Below, piece after piece: positions 10,037 to 20,400 of a stretch of 64,000 nucleotides of DNA (its first letter is position 1; the number at the start of each line of letters is the position of its first letter). The stretch lies in contig CBDCXL010000002.1 in assembly GCA_965223795.1 (NCBI GenBank), positions 1,312,001 through 1,376,000 of the forward strand. Direction: 5' to 3'. This stretch comes from Nitrospinales bacterium (GTDB lineage: Bacteria > Nitrospinota > Nitrospinia > Nitrospinales > VA-1). A model generated the notes under the pieces. The model was given only the letters and a program-made list of their open reading frames with translations. It was not told the DNA's origin and made no database searches. Both the position numbers and the translations under genes were made by a program.

Positions 10037-11225
10037 TGCAGTGCGGCTGGGCGGCCAGCTCTTTTTGCGGCGTTTCGTCGAACACGCCGGCTTTCACGCG
10101 GATGGGCTCCACGGGTGGGCCCTGCCGGCCGATGTATTCGGACTGGCAGCAGCCCAGGCAGCCGGGAAAGATCTTTTCCTTTTTCAGCAGACGGCGGAAC
10201 TCCTTCGCCCGAGCGGAATGCCAGGGGACCTCGCCGGTCTCAGGGTCCAAACTGCCCAAACGGTAGTGCGGGCAGCTGAACACATCGCCGTAGGCGGACA
10301 CCGCCATCTTGGTCCAGGGCACGCGGCAGCGGTAGTCGGTGTAGCGGCTTTCGTTGGAATAGTAGCGCACGATCTCCTCGGGCGTGATGAAGTTGGGGGA
10401 AAACCGAAGCTTGGTGGCGTGGGTGCGGCTGCTGTGGGTGAGCTTGGCGAGCTGCTCTCCCAGCACCAGCGGGGAGATCTCTTCCACCGGCTGGGTCGGC
10501 GTTTTCAGGTGGCGGTCCTGATTGTAGTCCTTGCCGTGCCAGTAGGTGGCGGGGTTTTCCAGCACGAAATTGCAGACGTTGACCCCCAGGCTGTTGGCGT
10601 AGTCGTACAGCGGGGCGAGGTCCATGACGTTGGCGCGGTTGATCACGCAGGTGAGGTGGATGAGCGGATACGGGCTGCCCCGCTCCTTGCGCCGTTTCAC
10701 CAGCCGTTCGAGTCCCTGGGTGGTTTTTTTGAACGAGCCTGCGACCGTGGTGATGCGATCGTGCAGCGCTTCGTGCCCTTCGAGCGACACGCCCACGTAA
10801 AACAGGCCCGATCCCCAGATCGAACGGACCTTCAGGTCCAGCAGGCGTTCCACCACCGGTTCCGAGAGCGGCGTGCCGTTGGTGATGACGTGCACTTTGT
10901 GACGCCGCCCGGCGTAGCGCAGGATCTCCAGGAAATCGGCTTTCATGAAGGCTTCGCCGCCGGTGAAGGTGATCAGCATGCGGCGCGGCACGGCATCGAT
11001 CGCGCGCTTGACTTCGTCGGTGCTCAGCTCGTTTTTATACGTCCGGTTGGTTTCGGTGTCCTCGATGATCTCCAGGTAATGGCACATGTCGCAACGCAGG
11101 TTGCAGCGGTAGGTCACCTCGAAAAAAGTCTGCACCGGCGGGAACGAGGACTCCGGGCGGAAATGAAAGGGCAGAAAAGAATACACCCTCGGCAGTATCT
11201 TCTGTAAAAAGCGAAAGTTCAGCAT
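10029..11225 (-). CDS. Radical SAM protein with SPASM/twitch-type C-terminus
   Basis: CNLRCDMC, TGGEAF, CRVPW..SCP..CLGCC. Confidence 0.92.
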   Translation of the reverse strand: MLNFRFLQKILPRVYSFLPFHFRPESSFPPVQTFFEVTYRCNLRCDMCHYLEIIEDTETNRTYKNELSTDEVKRAIDAVPRRMLITFTGGEAFMKADFLEILRYAGRRHKVHVITNGTPLSEPVVERLLDLKVRSIWGSGLFYVGVSLEGHEALHDRITTVAGSFKKTTQGLERLVKRRKERGSPYPLIHLTCVINRANVMDLAPLYDYANSLGVNVCNFVLENPATYWHGKDYNQDRHLKTPTQPVEEISPLVLGEQLAKLTHSSRTHATKLRFSPNFITPEEIVRYYSNESRYTDYRCRVPWTKMAVSAYGDVFSCPHYRLGSLDPETGEVPWHSARAKEFRRLLKKEKIFPGCLGCCQSEYIGRQGPPVEPIRVKAGVFDETPQKELAAQPHCNV

Positions 11226-11246
11226 GGATGAAACGTTTTCCCGGTT

Positions 11247-11954
11247 TCAGGCTGCGGGCGCGTTGCAACCGCTGCGGCTGCCGGAGGCGATGATTTCCAG
11301 GCTCGCGTCTCCGGCGTTGAACAACAGGTCGATCGCCGAAACGTAGGGGACGAATCCCGGATGACGCTGCGGGTAGTGCGGGTGCCGGTAATTCTGGAAC
11401 TCCAGATCGATCCCGTGGCCGGCGAACGCCGAGGTCGAAAGGTATGCGCGCGCGGCCTCGCCGCTCAGATAGTGCGTCGCGCCCAATCGCAGGCAAAGGG
11501 CGAGGATTTTTTCCTCCCGCTTCGCATCCACTTGCAACTCAGAGGATTTTACCGTGCGTGCGGGGATTGTGAAAGCCTTTTTCAAATGCCCGGTGGTTTC
11601 CAGGCACAGGTCCAGAAGCCAGGTCCAGCGCCTGTCGTACAGGGAATCAAAGTACGGAAAATGCGTCTCGAAATGCGGCGCTTTGGCGTAGTTGCAGCGG
11701 ATCGCCTCCCTGTGCTTGCGCCGCCAGGGAACCGACGTGTCGATGCGAGTTTCCTTCAGGCTCTGCCGGTGCTTCTGAATCACGGGAACGGTGAGCCACA
11801 TCCAGCCGGTGCGCGTGCGGATGCGGTTGCGGTTTCTCCAGTCGCGCCGGGTGAACTGCACATCGTCCAGATAAACAAAGGTGTCCACGCGGTTCATCTG
11901 GTCGAAATAGCCGAGCCAGGGAAGGTAGGAGGGCTGCAGGATGGCAAGGCGCAT
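11247..11954 (-). CDS. WbqC-like family protein
   Basis: AILQPSYLPWLGYF, DDVQF..W.NRNRI, YLSG, SAIDLLFN typical of WbqC family. Confidence 0.9.
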   Translation of the reverse strand: MRLAILQPSYLPWLGYFDQMNRVDTFVYLDDVQFTRRDWRNRNRIRTRTGWMWLTVPVIQKHRQSLKETRIDTSVPWRRKHREAIRCNYAKAPHFETHFPYFDSLYDRRWTWLLDLCLETTGHLKKAFTIPARTVKSSELQVDAKREEKILALCLRLGATHYLSGEAARAYLSTSAFAGHGIDLEFQNYRHPHYPQRHPGFVPYVSAIDLLFNAGDASLEIIASGSRSGCNAPAA

Positions 11955-11988
11955 GGCGTCAGCTCACTCCGTTGCGGCGCGCGCGGTT

Positions 11989-13056
11989 TCAGACGGCATC
12001 GCAGCGGCTTGCGGCCGGGTTTTCGCGCATCGTCGGGACCGATTTCGCGTTGTCGCCCCAAAGTTCTTTCATCCACAGAAATTTCTGCCACCAGCCGCGG
12101 TTGCGCACGTAAAAATCGACCGTGCGCGCCAGGCCCTCGTCGAGGGAGACACGGGCTTCCCAGCCGAGCAGGCGCTTGGCTTTCCAGGTGGAGGAAATGT
12201 GCCGGGAGACCTGGCCGGGACGGTCGTCGATGTGCTTGAGGTAGGATTCCGGCAGGTTCAAAAGCGCGAGCACTTTCTCGGCGATGGTCTGCACGGAAGT
12301 GTCGATGCCGGTGCCGAGGTTGAGGGTCTCGCCGATCACTGCCTCCGCATCGGTCTCCAGGAGGCGGCACAATGCCTCGCAGGTGTCCTCGACGTACATC
12401 CAGTCGCGCGTGCTTTCGCCATTGCCGTGGACGGTGAGGGGCTGCTCCAGCAGTGCGCTGACGATGAAGTTGGGGATGGCTTTTTCCAGGTGCTGGCAGG
12501 GGCCGTAGTTGTTGAACGGACGCACGATGACGGCGGGGATGCCGTAGGTATGGACGTAGGAATACACCAGCCGGTCGGCGCCGGCCTTGGCGGCGGCGTA
12601 GGGGCTCATCGGGTTGAGCGGGTGCTGCTCGTCCATCGGGCTGTGCAGGGCGGTGCCGTACACTTCCGAGGAGGAGATGTGGATGAACCGCTCCACCGGG
12701 TGGTTGGCGATGGCGTTGGCGATCACCTGGGTGCCGATCACGTCGGTCTCGAAGAACAGCGAGTTGTCGTAGATCGAGCGGGTGACGTGCGATTCCGCGG
12801 CGAAATGCACGACGACGTCGCTTTGCGCCACCAGCTTGTTGACGATGTCGGGCTGGGTGATGTTGCCGTGGTAGAAGGCGAAGTGGCCGTTCTGCTTGAT
12901 GCTGTCGTCGATGCTGTCGAGGTTGCCGGCGTAGGTGAGTGCATCGAGCAGCAGGATGCGGTGGCCCGGACGGTGCTTGTGAATGTAATTGATGAAGTTG
13001 CTGCCGATGAATCCGGCGCCGCCGGTGACGAGGATGGTCTTGTTGTCGAATCGCAT
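11989..13056 (-). CDS. dTDP-glucose 4,6-dehydratase-like extended SDR (RmlB-like)
   Basis: TGGAGFIG, DALTYAGN, HFAAESHV, YAAAK, NNYGP, DRPG; start at MRFDNK. Confidence 0.88.
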   Translation of the reverse strand: MRFDNKTILVTGGAGFIGSNFINYIHKHRPGHRILLLDALTYAGNLDSIDDSIKQNGHFAFYHGNITQPDIVNKLVAQSDVVVHFAAESHVTRSIYDNSLFFETDVIGTQVIANAIANHPVERFIHISSSEVYGTALHSPMDEQHPLNPMSPYAAAKAGADRLVYSYVHTYGIPAVIVRPFNNYGPCQHLEKAIPNFIVSALLEQPLTVHGNGESTRDWMYVEDTCEALCRLLETDAEAVIGETLNLGTGIDTSVQTIAEKVLALLNLPESYLKHIDDRPGQVSRHISSTWKAKRLLGWEARVSLDEGLARTVDFYVRNRGWWQKFLWMKELWGDNAKSVPTMRENPAASRCDAV

Positions 13057-13187
13057 GCGCCCTTGTGGGAAAAAGAGGACAACGGGGAAACGCGGAGGCA
13101 GCCCCTCACGCAGTTCCACTCAGTTTCTTTGCGGGTTTTTTTGAAAAGGGCTTTAGCTGTTTTTTGGTGTTTTACGCGGAAGAACAC

Positions 13188-13218
13188 AAAGGCCCCACCA
13201 GAACAGGAGGGGCCTTTT
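13188..13218. terminator. Putative intrinsic terminator hairpin downstream of elbB
   Basis: AAAGGCCCC..GGGGCCTTT inverted repeat with T-rich flank on each strand. Confidence 0.6.
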
Positions 13219-13267
13219 CAAAACACGCTCTGAATGTGAAACAACGATAAACCTGATGCCGCTTCGG

Positions 13268-13930
13268 TCAAATCATCCGGACCAATTCCTGAATGCTCTT
13301 CTCGATGCCGTCGGCCACTTCCGAGATGGTCTGCCCCAACATGTAGGCGGGCGTCGAGACGATCTTGTTTTTCGTGTCGAGCACAACTTCCTGCACGGCG
13401 CAGTCCTGGTGGCGGCTGCCCATCTTTTCGATCTTGGCGCTGGTGTCCTTGTCGTTGCCGATGGTGAGCGTCGGATGCACGTCGCCGCCTTCGTAGATCT
13501 TGGCGAACATGGCGGGCGCGATGCAGGCGACGCCCTGCGGTTTCTGCTTGGCGGCGAACTCGCGCACCAGCCGGGTCACTTCCGGATGCACGGAGCAGTT
13601 CTCGCCGTTGACGGCGAAGTCGGACAGGTTCTTGGCGGCGCCAAAGCCGCCGGGGAAAAACAGGGCGTCGATGTCGTCCGCCTTGACCTCGGCGATGTCC
13701 TTGATGTTGCCGCGGGCGATGCGCGCCGATTCGACGAGGACGTTTCGTTTTTCGTTCATCTCCTCGCCGTTCAGATGATTGATGACATGCATCTGGTCCA
13801 CGTTGGGCGCCATGCAGACCGCCTCGGCGCCCGCGCGGTCGATGGCGAGCAGGGTGATGACGGATTCGTGGATCTCCGCGCCGTCGTACACGCCGCAACC
13901 GGCAAGCACCACGCCAATTTTCTTTTTCAT
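13268..13930 (-). CDS. elbB: ElbB/ES1 family glyoxalase (class I glutamine amidotransferase-like)
   Basis: GCGVYDGAEIHE, RNVLVESARIARG, PGGFGAAKNL, CIAP, STPAYM. Confidence 0.95.
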   Translation of the reverse strand: MKKKIGVVLAGCGVYDGAEIHESVITLLAIDRAGAEAVCMAPNVDQMHVINHLNGEEMNEKRNVLVESARIARGNIKDIAEVKADDIDALFFPGGFGAAKNLSDFAVNGENCSVHPEVTRLVREFAAKQKPQGVACIAPAMFAKIYEGGDVHPTLTIGNDKDTSAKIEKMGSRHQDCAVQEVVLDTKNKIVSTPAYMLGQTISEVADGIEKSIQELVRMI

Positions 13931-14049
13931 GATCGACCTCCCGCAACTTGCGAATCGCTGGTTTTACAATCGGTTTGGAATGGCGCCAGTGTACCACCGG
14001 GCGGCAGCCGACTCAACGGGAACCTCGGAGCGAAAACGCGCGCCGCACC

Positions 14050-15852
14050 CTAGCCTTTGAAATGGTTGGTGATGGGCAGCCTGCGGTCCTTACCGAAGGC
14101 TTTGGGCGTGATCTTGATGCCGGGCGCGCCCTGGCGGCGCTTGTATTCGTTGATGTCGACGAGGCGCACGATGCGCCGGACTTCTTCCGCGGTGAGCGGC
14201 TTGCCGCCGATCTTTTCGACCGGCTTGTCCTCTTCGATGTAGCGCAGCAGCACGCGGTCGAGCAGATCGTAGGGCGGCAGGGAATCGGTGTCCTTCTGGT
14301 CGGGCCGAAGCTCCGCCGAGGGGGGCTTGGTGATGATGTTTTCCGGGATGATCTCGCGGCCTTCCTTCAGGTTGACCCAGCGCGACAGCTCATACACCCA
14401 GGTCTTGGGCACGTCCTTGAGCACGGCGAAGCCGCCCGCCATGTCGCCGTACAGGGTGCAGTAACCGACGCTCAGCTCGCTCTTGTTGCCGGTGGTGAGC
14501 ACCAGCCAGCCGAATTTGTTGGACAGCGCCATGAGCAGGTTGCCGCGGATGCGAGCCTGCAGGTTCTCTTCGGTCACATCCGGCTGGCAGTCCTCGAACA
14601 GCGGCGCGAGGATGGCGTCGTAGACCTGCATGGCGGGCTCGATGGCAAGGGTGTGGGTGACGATGTTCAGGTTGCGGCCCAGGTCGAGCGAATCGTTCAC
14701 GCTGTGATCCGAGGAATGCGGCGACGGCATGAGCACGCCGACGACATTATCCGCTCCCAGCGCATCGACCGCGAGCGCGGCGGTGAGCCCGGAATCGATG
14801 CCGCCGCTCAATCCGATGACGGCTTTTTTGAATCCGTTTTTCACCAGGTAGTCGCGCGTGCCCAGAACCAGCGCGTGATACAGCTCCTCCCAGCCGCTCT
14901 GCCTGCGGAAGTGGCGTTCGGGCAGGCCTTTCTTCGGCGTTTTGTGTTTCGCCGCGGCGGCGCGGTAGGTCCTGATGCCGGCGGGGGCTTTCCTCGCGGC
15001 GCCGCTTTTTTGCGTTTTGGGCCGCACGTCGAGGTCCACGTAAATCATCTCTTCCTCGAAGGCGTTGCCCTGCGCCAGAATCGCGCCGTCGGGCGCGACC
15101 ACGAGGCTCTGGCCGTCGAACACCAGTTCGTCCTGGCCGCCGATGAGATTGGCGTAAACAATATAGGCCTTGTAGCGGCGGGCGCGATCCTTCAGCATGG
15201 TTTCGCGCAGTTCGCCTTTGCCTTTGTGATACGGCGAGGAGGAGATATTGAGCAGCACGTCCACCTTGCCCTGGGCGCACAGGCTTTTCCCCGGCCCGTC
15301 CTCGACCCAGAGATCCTCGCAGACCGTGAGTCCGAGCGTCGCGCCGTTCTGGGTGAAACGGACGCATTGCCGCCCTTCGGTGAAATAACGCTTCTCGTCG
15401 AACACGCCGTAATTGGGCAGCCGCATCTTGCGGTAGCTGCCGAGCCACTTGCCGTCCGAAAGCAGGGCGGCGGCGTTGTACAGGGTCTTGCCCTCGGCTT
15501 CCACGTACCCGACCACGGCGGTGATGCCTTTGGTCTTCGGCACCAGGCGCTTCAACGCGGCGGTGTTTTCGCGGATGAATTTTTCCTTGAGCAGAAGATC
15601 TTCGGGCGGATATCCCGTGAGCGTCAATTCGGGGAAGAGAACCACGTCCGCCTGATGCTGCTTCGCCTCTTTCAGCGCGGCACCGATTCTGTCCGCGTTG
15701 TGGCTGAAACCGCCGACGATGGTGTTGATCTGCGCCAGCGCCAGCCGCAGGCCCGCCTGCGGCGTGGCCGCGGACCGGGATCGGGCGTTCCGCCGTTTCG
15801 GGGCGGCGGTTTTTTTTGAAGATTTTTTTTTCGGAGACCGCTTTGGATTCAA
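14050..15852 (-). CDS. nadE: Glutamine-dependent NAD+ synthetase
   Basis: Nitrilase domain (FPEL..TGYPPEDL, LPNYGVFDE, CEDLW) plus GLSGGIDS, ENLQARIRG, TGNKSE, PPSAELRPDQKD; TTG start uncertain. Confidence 0.96.
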   Translation of the reverse strand: MNPKRSPKKKSSKKTAAPKRRNARSRSAATPQAGLRLALAQINTIVGGFSHNADRIGAALKEAKQHQADVVLFPELTLTGYPPEDLLLKEKFIRENTAALKRLVPKTKGITAVVGYVEAEGKTLYNAAALLSDGKWLGSYRKMRLPNYGVFDEKRYFTEGRQCVRFTQNGATLGLTVCEDLWVEDGPGKSLCAQGKVDVLLNISSSPYHKGKGELRETMLKDRARRYKAYIVYANLIGGQDELVFDGQSLVVAPDGAILAQGNAFEEEMIYVDLDVRPKTQKSGAARKAPAGIRTYRAAAAKHKTPKKGLPERHFRRQSGWEELYHALVLGTRDYLVKNGFKKAVIGLSGGIDSGLTAALAVDALGADNVVGVLMPSPHSSDHSVNDSLDLGRNLNIVTHTLAIEPAMQVYDAILAPLFEDCQPDVTEENLQARIRGNLLMALSNKFGWLVLTTGNKSELSVGYCTLYGDMAGGFAVLKDVPKTWVYELSRWVNLKEGREIIPENIITKPPSAELRPDQKDTDSLPPYDLLDRVLLRYIEEDKPVEKIGGKPLTAEEVRRIVRLVDINEYKRRQGAPGIKITPKAFGKDRRLPITNHFKG

Positions 15853-16043
15853 GAGAAAATTTCGGGATGCGCCGCGGGATGTGCCGCCTGGAGAGATGGA
15901 ATTTGCCCGCGCTCTTTTTTTGCAGCGCGGGTGCGTTTATACTGGCAGGGACGATTATACACCAATTGCGCCCGAATCGTTTCCCCGCTCCGGCGCCGCG
16001 CAAAACGGAGTGCGGGATACGCCAGGTTAAAAAGTTTCGAACC

Positions 16044-16457
16044 ATGAATCCCGGCCCGGTCGAACAGAGCATCCGGCAGTCCATCGAGAAAAACGGTTTC
16101 CCGGCTAAAACCGTGCGCCTGCCGTTCAAACCGGTGTACCAAAGCTGCAAGCAGCACCGGACTTCGTTGAGCGCGGTGCTGAAAAACCTGGAGGCGGAAA
16201 ACATCTACGGCCGCATCCAGGGCGACCACATCGCTTTCCGCACGCGCGAGCGGCTGGAAGAACACGTGCGGCGCGAGGCGGACACCGGTCCGTCCGCCGA
16301 GACGGGCGGCTGGTTCGACGCGGCGCAGGACTCGCTCAAGAACCTGACGCCGGAACAACTGGACCAGCTCAAAAGCCAGGTGAACAACATGAGCGATGAA
16401 GAAAAACAGAATCTCATGCAACTGTTCTCCGAGCAGTTCAAACCGAAACCGCTCTGA
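16044..16457 (+). CDS. Hypothetical protein
   Basis: Codon usage like neighbours; helical C-terminus LKNLTPEQLDQLKSQVNNMS; 9 bp from next ORF. Confidence 0.7.
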   Translation: MNPGPVEQSIRQSIEKNGFPAKTVRLPFKPVYQSCKQHRTSLSAVLKNLEAENIYGRIQGDHIAFRTRERLEEHVRREADTGPSAETGGWFDAAQDSLKNLTPEQLDQLKSQVNNMSDEEKQNLMQLFSEQFKPKPL

Positions 16458-16466
16458 ATCTCCGTC

Positions 16467-17348
16467 ATGCTCATCTTCGCCAAAGACATCACCCAGCGCG
16501 ATCACAAACACGCGCACGAGGACCGCGACCCGCAGCTGAAAGCCTACATGGAGTACCAGCGGCGGCTGTTCCCGTACACGTTCGTGCGCGCCGGGCTGGA
16601 CCTGGCGTACAAGGAACTGGACGACATCCTCAATTACATCGACAACGACCACCAGCCGCCCGCCGATTCGACGCGCCGGGACTTCCCGGCGGACATCCCC
16701 GCCTGGTACCGCGACCGGTTTCCCTGGAGCGCGGCGTTCCTCGACATGGAGAGCATGCACGCGGCGCTGGTGCACCTGATCCAGGCAATGGACTCGTTCC
16801 GCACGGAAGAGATCCCCAACACCTACCACCTCGCGGTGCTGTACGATTCGGTGCACAACATCGTGGTTCTCTACAACGCGCTGCTGGCGGAGTCCGAGGG
16901 GGACGCGCGCAACATCCACCTGAGCCAGAACGTGCCGGTGCATTTCGACGATTTCATCAACAACTACTGGCCGCACCTGCACTTCATGATCCTTTCCAAG
17001 CCGGACTTTCCACACACGCCGCTGCTGAAAAAAAACCAGGACATCGAAACGCGCATCCAGACCCTTCTGGGTGACGGCTCGGAGCCGCTCGAAGCTCTGG
17101 ATATCGCGGGCAAGGAATTCGGGCTGGCGGACAGTTCGCTGGCGCTGCTCAAGCGCGATCCGGTGAAAGCGGAGCACCTGTCCCTGGTTGCCGAACCGCA
17201 GGACCCGAAGCGGTTCGACGCGCTGTACAAAACCACGGCTGAGAGCGGCCGGTTCGGCGCGGTCTCGCCCATCGACCTGGATTACGAGCGCAACGCCGCG
17301 CACGCGCACGACGCCGGGGTTTCCTTCGCGGTGCCGCAACAAACCTGA
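16467..17348 (+). CDS. Hypothetical protein
   Basis: 293-aa ORF with genome-typical codon bias; no recognised motif. Confidence 0.8.
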   Translation: MLIFAKDITQRDHKHAHEDRDPQLKAYMEYQRRLFPYTFVRAGLDLAYKELDDILNYIDNDHQPPADSTRRDFPADIPAWYRDRFPWSAAFLDMESMHAALVHLIQAMDSFRTEEIPNTYHLAVLYDSVHNIVVLYNALLAESEGDARNIHLSQNVPVHFDDFINNYWPHLHFMILSKPDFPHTPLLKKNQDIETRIQTLLGDGSEPLEALDIAGKEFGLADSSLALLKRDPVKAEHLSLVAEPQDPKRFDALYKTTAESGRFGAVSPIDLDYERNAAHAHDAGVSFAVPQQT

Positions 17349-17380
17349 CCGCCGGTCCCCCGGCCGGAGGGAAAGAGTCC
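17345..17380 (+). repeat. Partial copy (head only) of the ~100-bp intergenic element
   Basis: CTGACC GCCGG-tccc-CCGGC CGGAGGGAAAGAGTC resembles the lon-array head CTGACCGGC..GCCGGAGGGAAAAGGTC. Confidence 0.55.
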
Positions 17381-17427
17381 TCTCTTTACCTTAATTCGTA
17401 CGCAATCACAAAATCTGTTTGTGAAAA

Positions 17428-20400
17428 CTAGGGACGGTTCTCTCCGGTGAGGACGGTGTCTTCCGGCGCGCGCTTTCTGGGCAGCCGCGTCGCCGCGCGG
17501 CCGCCGGTCCCGGTCTCCGTTTGTTTGCGGACGAAGGCTGGCCCGCGCTGACGCTTGCGGGATTTGACCTTCGCCACTTCGGTCCGCTCGTCCTGCAAGG
17601 GTCCCCAGAACCGCGCGAACCCGCCCAGTTCGGGATATCCGGAGGGTTTCCCGGCCACTTCGAACAATTTGAAATCCTTTTCGAACAGGTTCGCCACGAA
17701 GGGGCCGGAACCGGTGCCGGCGAGCACCTCGCCCACGGAGCGGGCCTGGCTCACGGGCAGGGACGCGCCGGCGTAATCGCCTTCCAGGGTCCGGAAGCGG
17801 CGGGCGGTGGTTTCGGTGGAAAGCTGCGACAGGGTTTTGCCCGAACCGCCCACCAGAATGCTGCCCACGTTGCGGTTGACGAAGGTCTTGCTGCCGTCCG
17901 CCACGGAAACGCTGGCCTGGCCGGTGAGCGCGCCGAAATAGGACACGATGACGTCTCCGGTTCCCGCGTGCTCGATGGCGGCGATGTTCAGGCTGTCGGT
18001 CTCGAACAGGTTGATGGCTCCATTGCCGGTGTTGCGGATGCTCACCGAATCGATCCGGGTCTCAATGGCATTGGCAGCGGTGCCGAACCCGGTGACGCTG
18101 TTGACGATGAGCCCGCCTGTGGGAGCGTCGATGTCGAGCGCATCATTTGTGTCGCCGTCGAAGATGCCTCCATTCGCCGAGGTGAGCTGAATCGCGGAGT
18201 CGGAGGAGTTTGACGTCACAAGTCTTCCGGTGAGGGTGAGATCTCCATCGGCGTTGAGCACAATCCCACCACCTGCGGTCTGCACGCCGCTCACGTTCAG
18301 TCCGTTGCCGCCGCCGACGGACGCGGTGAGCGTTCCGCCGATACTGGACGATCCCAGAGTCAACGCGTTGTTTGTGTTCAGGGTGGCGTTGCCGTTCGAC
18401 GCGTTGAGGTTCACCGCACCGCCAAAGACATTGGCGGTGTTGCCGAGTTGAATCGAATCCGCCACCGTGAAGCTGGACGCTCCACTGACGCTCAGGGTGC
18501 CGCCGGCGGAATCGGAAATGCTCCCGCCGGACTGCACGGTGAGGCCGGTGAAGGAGGAAGCGGTGTTGGCGAAGTCCACGCTGTTGCCCGCCGCCGACGA
18601 GACCAGCGTGAGGGGCGCGGCGGCGGTCAGGCCGTCGACGGTGATGCCGCCGTTGTTGGCTCCGCCGATCGTGAAGCTGCCCGCGGTGATGTTATTGAGG
18701 TCGCTGGATGTCATGAGCAGATCGCAGCTGCCGCCGCAGTCCGCGGTGTCGCCGACGCCGATTTTCGCGCCCGCCTGAGACACTTCGACCGCCGTACCGG
18801 CGCCGCCGCTGGTCAGGTTTCCGTTCACCGCGAGTCCCGCCGTGGTCAACGACAGCGCGTTGCCGGAAGTGGCAAGGGTTTTCCCGCTGTCGAGCGTGAA
18901 CGCGCCGCTGCCGTCGCCGTCCGCATCGGTGTTGATGTTCGTCGCACCCTGAGTGGTGACGTCCGCGGACACCTGCACGCCGTTTCCGGCGTTGACGGTC
19001 AGCGCGTTGACTGTGGACTCATCCCCCATGAATCTCACGGACGATCCCGAACCGGCAGCGTTGAGTGTCAGCGTCCCCACGTTGGCGCTGTTGGCGGCGC
19101 CGACGTTGTCCACGCTGATGTCGCTTGCACCGTTGCCGAGGGTCAGGCTGTTCGTAGTGATGCGCTGCAATTCGAAACCGGAGAGGGCCAGCGAGCCCGC
19201 CGCGTCGCCGAGGCCGATCGTGCCGCCTGTTGAAGAGGCGATCGTCGTTACCACCGTGCCGCTGGTGAGCGAGCCGTTCAACACGATGTCGCCAGCGGTA
19301 ATGGACAACGCGTTGTTGTTGCTGGACAGGTTTTTTCCGCTCGCCAGAGTGAACGCGCCGCCGTTGCCGTCTGTGTCGGCATTGAGTGCCGCCGCACCCT
19401 GTGCGGTGAGATCGCTGTTCAGGTTGATGCCGTTGGCGGCATTCAATGCGATCGCGCCCTGCGCCGCGATGCCGCCGGTTGTCGTGCCCAGTGTGAGCAG
19501 ACCGCCGGAGGTCACGGCAATGCCGCTGGCCAGTGTGACGCCGGTGCCGCCGTTGAGGGCCGCGTCGCCGTCCGCCGTGAAATCGCTGCCGAGCGTGAGG
19601 CCGCCGCCGGACGTCAGCGTGGCGTTGCCGGAAGTGGTGATGCCGCCGCCTGCGGAACGCAGTTCCAGATTGCCCGCGGCGGTGACCGTAACATCGTTGG
19701 CGAACTCGATGCTGGAGTTGCCGCCGCCGTCGGCGTTGCCGTTTAAAATCAGATTGCCGCTTGCGGTGGTGAGACCGGAACCGACCGCGATGCCGTTGCC
19801 CGCGTTGACGGTGAGTGCGTTGAAGGTGGAAGCATTGTTGCCAAAGCTCACGGATGATCCCGGTCCAGAAGCATTCAATGTGAGCGTCCCGATATTGGCG
19901 CTGTTGGCGGCGCTGACGTCATCCACGCTGATGCTGCTGGCGCCGTTGCCGAGTGTCAGGCTGTTCGCCGTGACGCGCTGCAATTCGGAACCGGAGAGTG
20001 CCAGCGAACCCGCCGCGTCGCCGAGGCCGATCGTGCCGCCATTCGAGGACACGATTGTGGTTTCCGAAATGCCGCTGGTGAGAGAGCCGTTCAGAACGAT
20101 GTCGCTTGCGGTGATGGACAGCGCGTTGTTGTTCGTGGACAGGGTTTTGCCGCTCGCCAGAGTGAACGCGCCGCCGGTGCCGTCTGTGTCGGCATTGAGT
20201 GTCGCCACACCCTGAGCGGTGAGGCCGCTGTTCAGGTTGATGCCGTTGGCGGCATTCAATGCGACCGCGCCCTGCGCCGCGATGCCGCCGGTTGTCGTGC
20301 CCAGTGTGAGCAGACCGCCGGAGTCCACGGCAATGCCGCTGGCCAGGGTGATGCCGGTGCCGCCGTTCAGGGCCGCGCCGCCGCCCGCTGTGAAATCGTT

